Shown here in pieces: positions 54,516 through 63,108 of a stretch of 64,000 nucleotides of DNA. The stretch's first letter is position 1; every line of letters starts with the position of its first letter. Location of the stretch: contig OW818651.1 of NCBI GenBank assembly GCA_942492885.1, positions 962,959 through 1,026,958 of the forward strand, written 5' to 3'. The notes under the pieces were generated by a model, which saw only the letters and a program-made list of their open reading frames with translations, ran no database searches and was not told the origin of the DNA. The translations under genes and the position numbers were made by a program. This stretch comes from an uncultured Eubacteriales bacterium. GTDB taxonomy: Bacteria > Bacillota > Clostridia > Christensenellales > CAG-138.

Positions 54516-57465
54516 ACAACACCTCCTGAATCTTCTCAAAGAATTCCGCCTCGATGATGGGCTTGGCAATAAATCCGTTGAACCCGTACGCCAGAATAGC
54601 TTCGCGATCCTGTCGCATAGCGCTTGCCGTCAATGCAATCACGGGTACACTCATCAATTTTAAAATGCTTCTAATCTGTTTAAATGCATCGATTCCGCTG
54701 GCATCCGGCAAAGCGATATCCATCAAGATGAGATCAGGAACATGTTTCACTGCCATCTCAATACTTTCTTTCGCGTTTGTCGCTTCTAGGACGACATAAT
54801 CATCCCGCAACAATGCTTTGATGGTGATCCTGTTGTCCGCGTTATCTTCCACTACGAGGACGACCGGTTTCCACTGTATTGGTCTTGCGATTGGTGCGGG
54901 CGTCTCTTTTTCCGCAGTTGCATGATCGAGCATACCCAGGATCGCTTTTTCAAGTTCTTTGGCGTTCACATCGCCCTTTTGAATGAGTTGATGGATGTTA
55001 TTACGTTTCAAAAACTTCAACTCGTCTTTGGTTACTTGTTTTGCCGTCAGAATCAGTACAGGTACATGTGCCGTTATCTCCGCATTGCGCAAAATTTCAA
55101 GTACACGAAAACCATCCACATCCGGCATCATCAGATCAAGAATCATTGCGTCTGGAATCGCATGCTCGATGATTTCGAATGCTTCTCCAGCATTATGCGC
55201 AATGAAGACCTGACAGCCAATTGATTCCACCAAGTCTTTTATTTGGATGATTGCTGATTCATTGTCTTCGACCAATAAGATGCTGTGCTCGTTTAAGCGT
55301 GACTCGTTTCGAGTCGAAAACTGAGCGGTTACCGCCTTAGGCCCGACTGTTGGATACTGCACTATGGCTGAGTCGCACTGAATTGGTAGCGTCAGCGTAA
55401 ACTCAGACCCCACATTCAGCGTACTCGTAACCGAAATCGTCCCTCCCAGCATGTCTGCATATTTTTTGGAGATCGCCAACCCAAGCCCCGCGCCTCCAAA
55501 CCGCCGGGACGTGCTCCCGTCGGCTTGGCGAAACTCATCAAAGATGTACGGTAGTTGCTCCTGCGGGATTCCGATTCCGGTATCACTTATCTTGATACAG
55601 ATCTGTGCTTCGCGGAGTTCAGAAGCAACTATGACGCTTCCCTTTTCGGTGAACTTGACGGCGTTTCCAATCAAGTTTTGCAGGATATGGCGAAATTTAT
55701 CGACATCAGTATAGATCTGAATTGGATTGCCAGACTCATACAGCAGTTCAATCGATTTTTGTTCGGCTTGCGGATGTATCATCTCTACGAGATCGCTTAG
55801 GACTGTATTCGCGTTAAACTGCTCGATCTCGATCTCTTCACGTCCCGCCTCAATGCGAGATATGTCAAGAATATCATTGATCAGCACCAGCAGGTTTTTT
55901 CCGTTACGTTCAATGATTTCTAAAAATCCGAGTTCTTCATCCGGTATCTTGCTCGCAAGTCTGCGGCTTAAAACACCCGTGAGCGCAATGACAGAATTGA
56001 GCGGCGTGCGCAGCTCATGACTCATATTAGACAAGAAATTTGTCTTTAACCGACTGGCTTCATCCAGTTGTTTCTTCTGAAATTCCAGCTCGGTGTTTTG
56101 CTCGGATAATTCCGCAGTTTGCATCTCGAGCTCTTTTGCTTGCTGCTGCAGTTCTGTGTTTTTGTCCTGTAGCCTTTGTGAGAACTCTTGAATCTTCTCG
56201 GACGCCATAATCGAGCTCAACCGCGCTGAGATTTCGTTGAGCAACCCGCTTATTAACCGGACGGAAGCCGGCGAATAACGTTTGATACTTGCAATCGAGA
56301 TGATCGAAATCACATCTTTTTCACTGATAATTGGTATTGTAATGATTTCTCTTGCACGGAACTCTCCGCTGACCGTTGAGAAAACAATCTTCGAATCCGC
56401 TGGAATATCCGTTACGTGCTGCACCGCTTTTGATGCCAATGCGGTTCCGAACTCACCTTCCTTTCTCGAAGTTGAGAATGAGGGCAAGCGCTCCATGCTC
56501 GCGCCGATCGATTCATAGGGTTCAAATCTGTTTTTCTGCTCGTTTGGAAAATAGATTGCAGCAATTTGCGAATCGGTCAGCTGCATCAGCGTTTTTAGTA
56601 ATTCCGAGCAGAACGGCCGCAAAGAATCCTCATGAAACATAACCGAAGAAATCTTCGTAATTTTATCTTTATGTGCTGTCTCTGCTTCTATGGTTTCAGC
56701 CATAGCATTAAACGCCTTTGATAACGTACCGATTTCGCTTTTCGCTTCATACTGCACGCGTGTGTTCAGCTCGCCCTTGTGCATCGCTTCTGCAGCGCCA
56801 GTGATCTCTCTCAATGGTGGAACCATGCTCATTCTCATGAAATAACCGATGCCCAGTAATGCAAGCGCTGCCGCAGAACTCAGAAGCGCCGTTCGCAAAA
56901 TAGTTTGACTTCTTTGCGTCCTGGCACCCTGGTAAAACTCATCGCCTTTGCTTTTTGAGAAATCACTGATGTTTAAAATTGTGCTCAAAACTTTGTCGGC
57001 TTGCAATCCTCCAGCGCCGTCGGCCTTTACCCTGATTCGAGCTTCATCTACTTGCCCCGCATACAACATGCGGATTGTTTCGGCTCGTATGATACTCCAC
57101 AGTGACAATTCGTTGAGCGTCAAATCAATATCGCTTTGTGGTCCGAGATAGCTCTTGTATAGAACGTCTACTTGGCGGTAAGCGTCCGCTTCAAATGAAT
57201 CAATATCCTGAATTAGCTTGTCGGCATTTTGCTGATTCTCTTCCAACACTAGCTGCATCATATTTCGATGGATGAGAAGAACGTCTGCCTCGATTTCTGC
57301 TACCGCTCTGCGCGACGTGAGAGGATGTTCGTAAAGTCCAGCGGTGTTGACCCACATTCCCTCAATCGAACTCAATGCGCTAACAGAAAGCAGCACGATC
57401 AAAAGCATAATCATTGCCAACCAGATGTATATTTGTTTCGATATTGTAAGGTTTTTCATTTTCAT
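54505..57465 (-). CDS. membrane hybrid histidine kinase (MCP-style N-terminal sensor, HAMP, GAF, HisKA/HATPase, two receivers)
   Basis: ORF 54505..57465. TM helix - periplasmic helical region - TM helix - HAMP (PPLREITGAAEAMHKGELN), H-box SHELRTPLNSV, GGAGLGLAISK, then two REC domains. Confidence 0.9.
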   Translation of the reverse strand: MKMKNLTISKQIYIWLAMIMLLIVLLSVSALSSIEGMWVNTAGLYEHPLTSRRAVAEIEADVLLIHRNMMQLVLEENQQNADKLIQDIDSFEADAYRQVDVLYKSYLGPQSDIDLTLNELSLWSIIRAETIRMLYAGQVDEARIRVKADGAGGLQADKVLSTILNISDFSKSKGDEFYQGARTQRSQTILRTALLSSAAALALLGIGYFMRMSMVPPLREITGAAEAMHKGELNTRVQYEAKSEIGTLSKAFNAMAETIEAETAHKDKITKISSVMFHEDSLRPFCSELLKTLMQLTDSQIAAIYFPNEQKNRFEPYESIGASMERLPSFSTSRKEGEFGTALASKAVQHVTDIPADSKIVFSTVSGEFRAREIITIPIISEKDVISIISIASIKRYSPASVRLISGLLNEISARLSSIMASEKIQEFSQRLQDKNTELQQQAKELEMQTAELSEQNTELEFQKKQLDEASRLKTNFLSNMSHELRTPLNSVIALTGVLSRRLASKIPDEELGFLEIIERNGKNLLVLINDILDISRIEAGREEIEIEQFNANTVLSDLVEMIHPQAEQKSIELLYESGNPIQIYTDVDKFRHILQNLIGNAVKFTEKGSVIVASELREAQICIKISDTGIGIPQEQLPYIFDEFRQADGSTSRRFGGAGLGLAISKKYADMLGGTISVTSTLNVGSEFTLTLPIQCDSAIVQYPTVGPKAVTAQFSTRNESRLNEHSILLVEDNESAIIQIKDLVESIGCQVFIAHNAGEAFEIIEHAIPDAMILDLMMPDVDGFRVLEILRNAEITAHVPVLILTAKQVTKDELKFLKRNNIHQLIQKGDVNAKELEKAILGMLDHATAEKETPAPIARPIQWKPVVLVVEDNADNRITIKALLRDDYVVLEATNAKESIEMAVKHVPDLILMDIALPDASGIDAFKQIRSILKLMSVPVIALTASAMRQDREAILAYGFNGFIAKPIIEAEFFEKIQEVLYGK

Positions 57466-58296
57466 TTAAACCTCCGCTTTCTTTTGGAAAATCGGTGATT
57501 GCGGAACGACAGCGCGTAATCCACTATATTTTAAAACGTTCTGCCTCTCTGCTTCCCCGGTTACTAAATATCCATTCCCGGTAAGGGCGTTTGCTAATTT
57601 CTTCAGAATTAACCCCTGCGATTTACTTTCATAATAGAAAAGAACATTGCTGCAGATGATAAGGTCAAAGTTCCCAAATATACTCTCCTGAGGATTTGCG
57701 GAGAGCGGATCTAATAGATCATAACGGGAGAAACTTACACGCTGTTTCAAACTTTCGCAAACGGTGTAGGTGTTGCCCGATCTCTCAAAGAACTGATTGA
57801 TGTCTCTTGCTCGAATCGTTTGAATGGCCTCTTGACTGTATTCTCCGTTGAGCGCGAATCCCAATGCATATTCCGAAATATCCGTTGCGATGATTCGATA
57901 TCGAAATGGGTCTCTCCGCTTATCCGCTGCATTTTCCAGCATCATCGCGATTGAGTATGCTTCCTGCCCTGTTGAACATCCAGCCGACCAAACCCGAAGC
58001 TCACTGCCAAACGGTTTACGATTGATGAGATTCGGAAGAAGCCACTGTTCTAAATTTGCAAAAGTAAGTGCGTTTCTAAAGAATTCGGTATATGTAATAT
58101 TCAAAGACCGAACAAGTAAATCAGCCTCCGGTTTATTGCTGGATATGATTTCAAGATAACCCTGAATATCATTGACCCCAAGAGCTACACACCTGCGATC
58201 GACAGCTTGCTTAAAAAATGCATCATCAAACTGCGCGAGATCAATCCCGTACAGAGCTTTTAACGTTTCTATAATTGATTGCAACTCATTTTGCAT
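57466..58296 (-). CDS. CheR-type SAM-dependent protein-glutamate O-methyltransferase
   Basis: ORF 57466..58296 with YTEFFRN and VWSAGCSTGQEAYSIAMML blocks. Its stop directly abuts the kinase start. Confidence 0.88.
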   Translation of the reverse strand: MQNELQSIIETLKALYGIDLAQFDDAFFKQAVDRRCVALGVNDIQGYLEIISSNKPEADLLVRSLNITYTEFFRNALTFANLEQWLLPNLINRKPFGSELRVWSAGCSTGQEAYSIAMMLENAADKRRDPFRYRIIATDISEYALGFALNGEYSQEAIQTIRARDINQFFERSGNTYTVCESLKQRVSFSRYDLLDPLSANPQESIFGNFDLIICSNVLFYYESKSQGLILKKLANALTGNGYLVTGEAERQNVLKYSGLRAVVPQSPIFQKKAEV

Positions 58297-58811
58297 ATGG
58301 GCTCCAATTCGATTTATTTGAATTGCGCGGACTGAAATGATTGGTTTGAAAGTCTCATTTGTAGATTCTTTTTGTGCGCTTCAAATGCTGCCCCGCAATC
58401 AAAAAACGATGGGATCGTTCACGTAAATTGTTAGTCACGCGAGCGTTACTATTTAGTAATAAAAGGCTCGAGATATTGTAGACCAACTGCGATTTATAAA
58501 ACACACTGACATGCAACAAGCACACACATGTTCTGATTTCATTGTAGTATCCAACACAATCCACCGTCAATGTTTATCTGCTTTATCGGACCGCGCCGGA
58601 CACGTTCAGGCGGGAAAGTTTAGCCATCTACGTGGACAAATCGATCAAGAGCGAATAGGTCTGTGAAACCTGATTGATTCATTCGGATTCGAACGTAATG
58701 GGTATTACATATTTCGTTACCAATTGTATTGATATCCCGTTGCACAAGACTCTGACATGTTGGCTAAATACATGATATTCTAGCGGTATTTACAATTACT
58801 TGTTTTTCAAA

Positions 58812-58838
58812 CAAAAAAAGCGCCCTTATAAGGCGCTC
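58812..58838 (-). terminator. intrinsic terminator of the tRNA operon
   Basis: Minus strand reads agcgcc-ttataag-ggcgct followed by ttttttt, 5 nt after the tRNA-Gln CCA. Confidence 0.7.
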
Positions 58839-58843
58839 AATTT

Positions 58844-58917
58844 TGGCTGCGGAACTAGGACTCGAACCTAGACAATACGAGTCAGAGTCGTAGGTGCTAC
58901 CATTACACAATTCCGCA
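58844..58917 (-). tRNA. tRNA-Gln (anticodon CUG)
   Basis: Hand-folded cloverleaf: acceptor TGCGGAA/TTCCGCA (U1:A72, G73, encoded CCA), D stem GTGT/GCAC, anticodon stem TACGA/TCGTA with loop CT-CTG-AC, T arm CTAGG-TTCGAGT-CCTAG. Confidence 0.95.
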
Positions 58918-58928
58918 ATGTGGATGTT

Positions 58929-59107
58929 GAGTATCCCGAAGTGCCGTTCGCCTTCTGTATAACACCCGCCTCTCGGCAGGTGGGTACGCCGTGATTGACG
59001 CGATCTTCCCATCCGTAATGGGCCTGATCTTGTCTTCTCAACGAAACGCTCCCGAAGTTACTTTGTGGGTTTATAACCGAAAACGTCACGCACACCGCAG
59101 GATATTC
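58929..59107 (-). ncRNA. candidate rod-shaped structured RNA (6S RNA-like) in the tRNA-Val/tRNA-Gln spacer
   Basis: No credible ORF. The 5' GAAUAUCCUGCGGUG pairs with the 3' CACUUCGGGAUACUC (13/15). Further in, CGUU..UAUAA.CCC pairs with GGGUGUUAUA..AACG. There is an apical CCCAU-UACGG-AUGGG hairpin flanked by GAUC/GAUC, and a GNRA-capped side hairpin CCUGCC-GAGA-GGCGGG. Confidence 0.4.
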
Positions 59108-59118
59108 AATTTTGAAGG

Positions 59119-59195
59119 TGGTGGGGTTAATTGGGATCGAACCAACGACCTCTACGATGTCAACGTAGCGCTCTGACCAGCTGAGCTATAACCCC
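59119..59195 (-). tRNA. tRNA-Val (anticodon GAC)
   Basis: Hand-folded cloverleaf: acceptor GGGGTTA/TAACCCC, A73, encoded CCA, D arm GCTC-AGCTGGTCA-GAGC, anticodon stem CTACG/CGTAG with loop TT-GAC-AT, T arm GTTGG-TTCGATC-CCAAT. Confidence 0.95.
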
Positions 59196-59208
59196 GAGTG
59201 CACATATT

Positions 59209-59236
59209 ATTATACACATGGGGGATGAAAAAGCAA
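59209..59236 (-). promoter_or_regulatory. promoter of the tRNA-Val / RNA / tRNA-Gln operon
   Basis: Minus strand reads TTGCTT, 16 nt spacer ending in TGTG, then TATAAT, about 14 nt upstream of the tRNA-Val 5' end. Confidence 0.55.
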
Positions 59237-59670
59237 GACGTTTTTTCTCTTTTTTAGACAGAAAAATCAAGTGCGAATTTTGCATATTTTACGATTGTTA
59301 CCGTGTGATAAGCGGACAAATCAGCAAAAACGACAGTTTTCCGCGTAATTGCTCGATTTTTTTGCGAACCATACCGGATGATGCGCGCTGGCAGTTGCCT
59401 GTCTCGCATGCAGAAAAATGCATTTCTATAAATATTTTTGTAGGTTTCGCGCGAGAAAAGAACGCGTTTGAGGAAGCTTTTTGTGTGTAACAGGAAGTTC
59501 ACTTTCTATCCATTGCTAATCCACAAGCGCGGAGTACATTATACCCAGAGCAAGGACATAGACTGACAAACCCCCAATATTACCTCCCATCCCATCCCAA
59601 TCAAAAGCCTCTACCAGAAACGGTAGGGGCTTTTGATTTTTGGGACTTTGTTCGTGAGGGGTGGGTTCGC

Positions 59671-59794
59671 GGGCGGATAATATCCGCCCCTACAGCGGCT
59701 TGCGCGGATTCTCAACCAAACGTCGTGAACGTTCTTCGTATTCTCTTTCACAAGTTCACCCGCCGTACAAAGTAGGGGCGGATATCATCCGCCC
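59671..59794. repeat. MITE-like palindrome-ended interspersed element, copy 2
   Basis: Ends gggcggataatatccgcccctac and gtaggggcggatatcatccgccc are inverted repeats (1 mismatch). The interior (ctcaaccaaacgtcgtgaacgttcttcgtattctctttcacaagttcacccgcc) aligns with copy 1. Confidence 0.6.
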
Positions 59795-59864
59795 GCATCA
59801 AAAGTCGTTCAGGGCTTTTGATTTTTGGCCTTCTTTCTTCTTGTACGCGTATTTCTCCTGATTT

Positions 59865-60503
59865 TTACACTTTCACCACCGGATGTCGCAGGATCGTTTT
59901 GAGTTTCTCCGGCGCGGATTTGGAGGGATCGCCCAGATAGATCTCATGGTGGCGGCGAAGGCCGAGGTCGTTGCGATAGCCGTTCTCCGCGAGAAACGCA
60001 TCCATCCGCTCCACGCTTGCAGGCTCCGCATCATAGGGACCGATGTGCATCATCTGCACGCAAAGCCCCTCGCGAAAGCGCAGCAGCCGCGCGCGGGACG
60101 TGTCCAGCGCCTTTTTGCGGCGCACCTCACCGCAAGCCCACTCAAACACCGTTTCATCCACGAACTCCGGCTGGCGGATCATGCTCGTCCACTCAAATTT
60201 ATCCTTGTTGTTGTAGTCCACGCCCGGAACCCCGCCCGACATCTGCCAGAGCCCCTCCAAGGGGGCAACTTTGTACGCATAGAATCCCGCCAGCTGCGTC
60301 TTGCTTTTGTCGCTCATCTTGATTGTATAGCTCAGCGCGTAGAGAAGCCCCACGGCCTTGCCGTATTCTCCGTCGAGATCGTTGGGGTTACCCTTGCCAT
60401 CTACCGCGAGAAACACCATCTCCGGCACGTCGATGATCGCGGGGACTGTTTTGGGTTGATAGAGTTCTTTGTATTCTTTTATGAATTCGAATTGTTGATT
60501 CAT
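59865..60503 (-). CDS. GyrI-like small-molecule-binding domain protein
   Basis: ORF 59865..60521; start set at ATG 60503 (MNQQFEFIKEYKELYQP) after aggaga. VFLAVDGKGNPN and HHEIYLGDP are blocks I associate with this family. Confidence 0.78.
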   Translation of the reverse strand: MNQQFEFIKEYKELYQPKTVPAIIDVPEMVFLAVDGKGNPNDLDGEYGKAVGLLYALSYTIKMSDKSKTQLAGFYAYKVAPLEGLWQMSGGVPGVDYNNKDKFEWTSMIRQPEFVDETVFEWACGEVRRKKALDTSRARLLRFREGLCVQMMHIGPYDAEPASVERMDAFLAENGYRNDLGLRRHHEIYLGDPSKSAPEKLKTILRHPVVKV

Positions 60504-60582
60504 ACACATCTCTCCTGCCATTTGATAACAATATAGTAAAACAAAAAACCTGACAACATTCTGTCAGGTTCTTATGCTCTAT

Positions 60583-61401
60583 TCAAAAATGTGTTTCAGG
60601 CCTGTAGTGCTCGAAGATAATCGCGTCATTATGCCGCGTGAGTTTCGCGTGGTCGTCGGTTGGCCGCGCTGTCCAGGCGACGCGCATCGCGCCCAGCCAT
60701 TCGCAGATGCGCACGGAGAGGCATTTTGGCCCCACCCGATAGGCGATGAATTGCGGATGCGTGAGGATGTTGGTAAACAACCGGCTCATCATGATCGCCT
60801 GATACAGCGGCAAACCCTTGCGCGAGAACCGCGCTGCCTCGGAAAGCTGCCCGCGCAGAATCTGTGGCGCATTTAAGTAAAACCAGCGCACCAACAGCGG
60901 ATGAAAGCTCTCCACGCAATAATCGCCCTTGTAAGCTTGCAGCTGCTCTAGCGTCTTGGGGCAGAGCGCTTTCCAGTCCCCGCCGCTCTTGAGCTCAACG
61001 ATCATCGGTATCTTGCCGCCGATCGTGCCGAGCACGTCCGTAAACAAAGGAATCCGCTCCTGCGTGCCAAAGAGCGAAAGCGTTTGCAACTCGTCATAGG
61101 AATACGCGTCTACCCGCGCGTCAATGCCGCAGGCGCGCTTGAGATCATCGTCATGAAACACCACAACCTGCTTGTCCCGCGTGAGTTGCACATCCAGCTC
61201 AACCCCGTAATCCGCCTCTACCGCCGCGCGAAACGCGGCAAGCGAGTTTTCCGGTACGCACTGATCCTTTGAAAACAACCCGCGGTGCGCAAACATCCGC
61301 CCGCAAAACGGCGTGCGCTGCGCTTCCGTGCTCCGCGCGGGCATCATCAGGGCGAGCCACAGCGTGACCAGAACGAGCAACACAGCAAGAGCAATCCACA
61401 T
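60583..61401 (-). CDS. glycerophosphodiester phosphodiesterase family protein, N-terminal membrane anchor
   Basis: ORF 60583..61410 with FAHRGL, ENSLAAF, GVELDVQLTRDKQVVVFHD. ATG 61401 is better spaced from ggagg than ATG 61410. Confidence 0.86.
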   Translation of the reverse strand: MWIALAVLLVLVTLWLALMMPARSTEAQRTPFCGRMFAHRGLFSKDQCVPENSLAAFRAAVEADYGVELDVQLTRDKQVVVFHDDDLKRACGIDARVDAYSYDELQTLSLFGTQERIPLFTDVLGTIGGKIPMIVELKSGGDWKALCPKTLEQLQAYKGDYCVESFHPLLVRWFYLNAPQILRGQLSEAARFSRKGLPLYQAIMMSRLFTNILTHPQFIAYRVGPKCLSVRICEWLGAMRVAWTARPTDDHAKLTRHNDAIIFEHYRPETHF

Positions 61402-61588
61402 GATATCCATCCTCCGGTTGATTTTTACCTCGATTTGTATTGTTATTATACGATGATTGCGTTACCATGTATATAACACTCTCGGCAGGCAAACCGGTCT
61501 GGCGATAGGCACGTGCGGATGATTTCCGCTACAAAAAAGCGCTCAAAAAACGTTCCTGCAAATCTGAATTTTATCGGAGAAAAAGCAC

Positions 61589-62902
61589 ATGAAACTGAAC
61601 TATAAGCGTACGTTCCTGGTCGGCTTTGCGTTTCTCTCGATCAGCGCATTCTGGCAGATGTATGACACCATCCTGCCCTTGATCATGCGCGACACCTATC
61701 ATCTGGCTGACGGCCCCGCGGGCATCATCATGAGCCTCGACAACATCGTCGCTCTCTTTTTGCTGCCGCTCTTCGGCGCGCTGAGTGACAAGGTCGGACG
61801 GCGCATCCCGTTCATCGTCGCGGGTACTTTTACCGCGGTGGTGCTCATGATGCTCATCCCCGCGTTGGACAACACCTATGGCACATGGACGACCTCCACT
61901 TCGCTGATCGTGTTCGTCGTGGTGCTCGGTATGCTGCTGCTGACCATGGGCACCTATCGCTCCCCTGCGGTTGCGTTGATGCCGGATGTCACGCCGAAAC
62001 CCGTGCGCAGCAAGGGCAACGCGATCATCAACCTCATGGGTGCGGTCGGCGGTGCATTTACGCTGATCGTCATCAAGATGTTGGTTGTAAACGGCCCAAG
62101 CGGACGCGCGGACTACCTCTATCTCTTCCTTGCGGTTGCAGTGCTGATGGTTCTCGCGGCGCTGACGGTGCTCTTCTTCGTGCCGGAGCGAAAGCTCGTC
62201 CAGCAGATGAAGGACATCAACTACGGTGTTTCCAAGGAGGAAGACCAGAGCAAGTCCATTGAGGTGGACGGCAAACAGAAGCTTCCGCCGGAAGTCATGC
62301 GCAGCCTGATATTGATTCTCGCTACCATCACACTCTGGTTTTTAGGCTACAACGCGGTCACGACTGCCTTTAGCAAATATGCGACCAAGATGTGGGCTGC
62401 CGGTCTCGGCGGTGCCTCCACCTGCCTGCTTGTGGCAACGGGCGCTGCGATTATCTCGTATCTCCCAATCGGTTTTCTTTCCGCCCGCATTGGACGCAAA
62501 AAGACCATTATCATTGGTCTGATCGTTGCGGTCGTCTGCTTTGTCTTTGGCGCAGTCGGTGCGCGCACCTTCTCCCCGCTGCTGTACGTGATGTTCGCGG
62601 CAGTCGGCTTTGCGCAGGCAGCGGTCACGGTCAACACCTTCCCGATGGTGTGGGAGATCTCCCGCTTTGGCAACGTCGGCAAATATACGGGGTTCTACTA
62701 TACCTGCTCCATGGCGGCGCAGGTGGTGACTCCGATCGTCTCGGGCTATTTGCTCCAGTATGTCGGCTATGACACGCTCTTCCCGTATGCTGCGTTTTTC
62801 ATCGCGCTTGCGATCGTCCCGATTTCGCTCGCGAAGTACGGCGACAGCAAACCCGGTAAGCCGCAGTCCAAACTAGAAGCGCTAGCGGGTGCGGACGACT
62901 AA
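61589..62902 (+). CDS. MFS transporter
   Basis: ORF 61589..62902 with 12 predicted TM segments and the loop 2-3 motif GALSDKVGRR. Confidence 0.88.
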   Translation: MKLNYKRTFLVGFAFLSISAFWQMYDTILPLIMRDTYHLADGPAGIIMSLDNIVALFLLPLFGALSDKVGRRIPFIVAGTFTAVVLMMLIPALDNTYGTWTTSTSLIVFVVVLGMLLLTMGTYRSPAVALMPDVTPKPVRSKGNAIINLMGAVGGAFTLIVIKMLVVNGPSGRADYLYLFLAVAVLMVLAALTVLFFVPERKLVQQMKDINYGVSKEEDQSKSIEVDGKQKLPPEVMRSLILILATITLWFLGYNAVTTAFSKYATKMWAAGLGGASTCLLVATGAAIISYLPIGFLSARIGRKKTIIIGLIVAVVCFVFGAVGARTFSPLLYVMFAAVGFAQAAVTVNTFPMVWEISRFGNVGKYTGFYYTCSMAAQVVTPIVSGYLLQYVGYDTLFPYAAFFIALAIVPISLAKYGDSKPGKPQSKLEALAGADD

Positions 62903-62949
62903 TCGAGCGGATTCCCCGCTGATTTCGGGCGTAAGTTCAATTGTTTTGC

Positions 62950-62978
62950 TTGACATGACGCGCTATTCTCCATATAAT
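62950..62978 (+). promoter_or_regulatory. promoter of the infC-rpmI-rplT operon
   Basis: TTGACA (62950..62955), 17 nt spacer, TATAAT (62973..62978). Confidence 0.6.
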
Positions 62979-63108
62979 AGTTGATGTTCAAGCAGAAGCG
63001 CCCGCTTCTCACCTGCCGACGATTGTCAGGCACGGTAGCAACACTCTTTCATTACTGATGGTTTGTTTATAGTGGGTGCAGCACAGCTTGCGCCCACTAT
63101 TTTTATTT
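62979..63108 (+). promoter_or_regulatory. ribosomal protein L20 leader-type attenuator region
   Basis: A ~150-nt leader between the promoter and the infC RBS ends in an intrinsic terminator. This position and architecture match the Firmicute L20 leader. Confidence 0.5.
63069..63105 (+). terminator. leader (attenuator) terminator upstream of infC
   Basis: tagtgggtgc-agcacagctt-gcgcccacta followed by tttttattt, ending 8 nt before the ggagg RBS. Confidence 0.6.

Noticed and set aside
58297-58843. Integrase or its remnant next to tRNA-Gln (ORFs 58355..58570 and 58764..59012)
   Set aside because: The translations show no tyrosine- or serine-recombinase motifs. ORF 58764..59012 runs through the tRNA itself, and 58355..58570 is low-complexity AT-rich sequence.
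58918-59118. SRP (4.5S/scRNA) identity for the inter-tRNA RNA
   Set aside because: AUCAGGCCC...GGGAAGAUCG loosely recalls the SRP helix 8. The invariant GGAA/GNRA tetraloop and the AGCA/GGA symmetric-loop motifs are absent, and the apical loop is UACGG.
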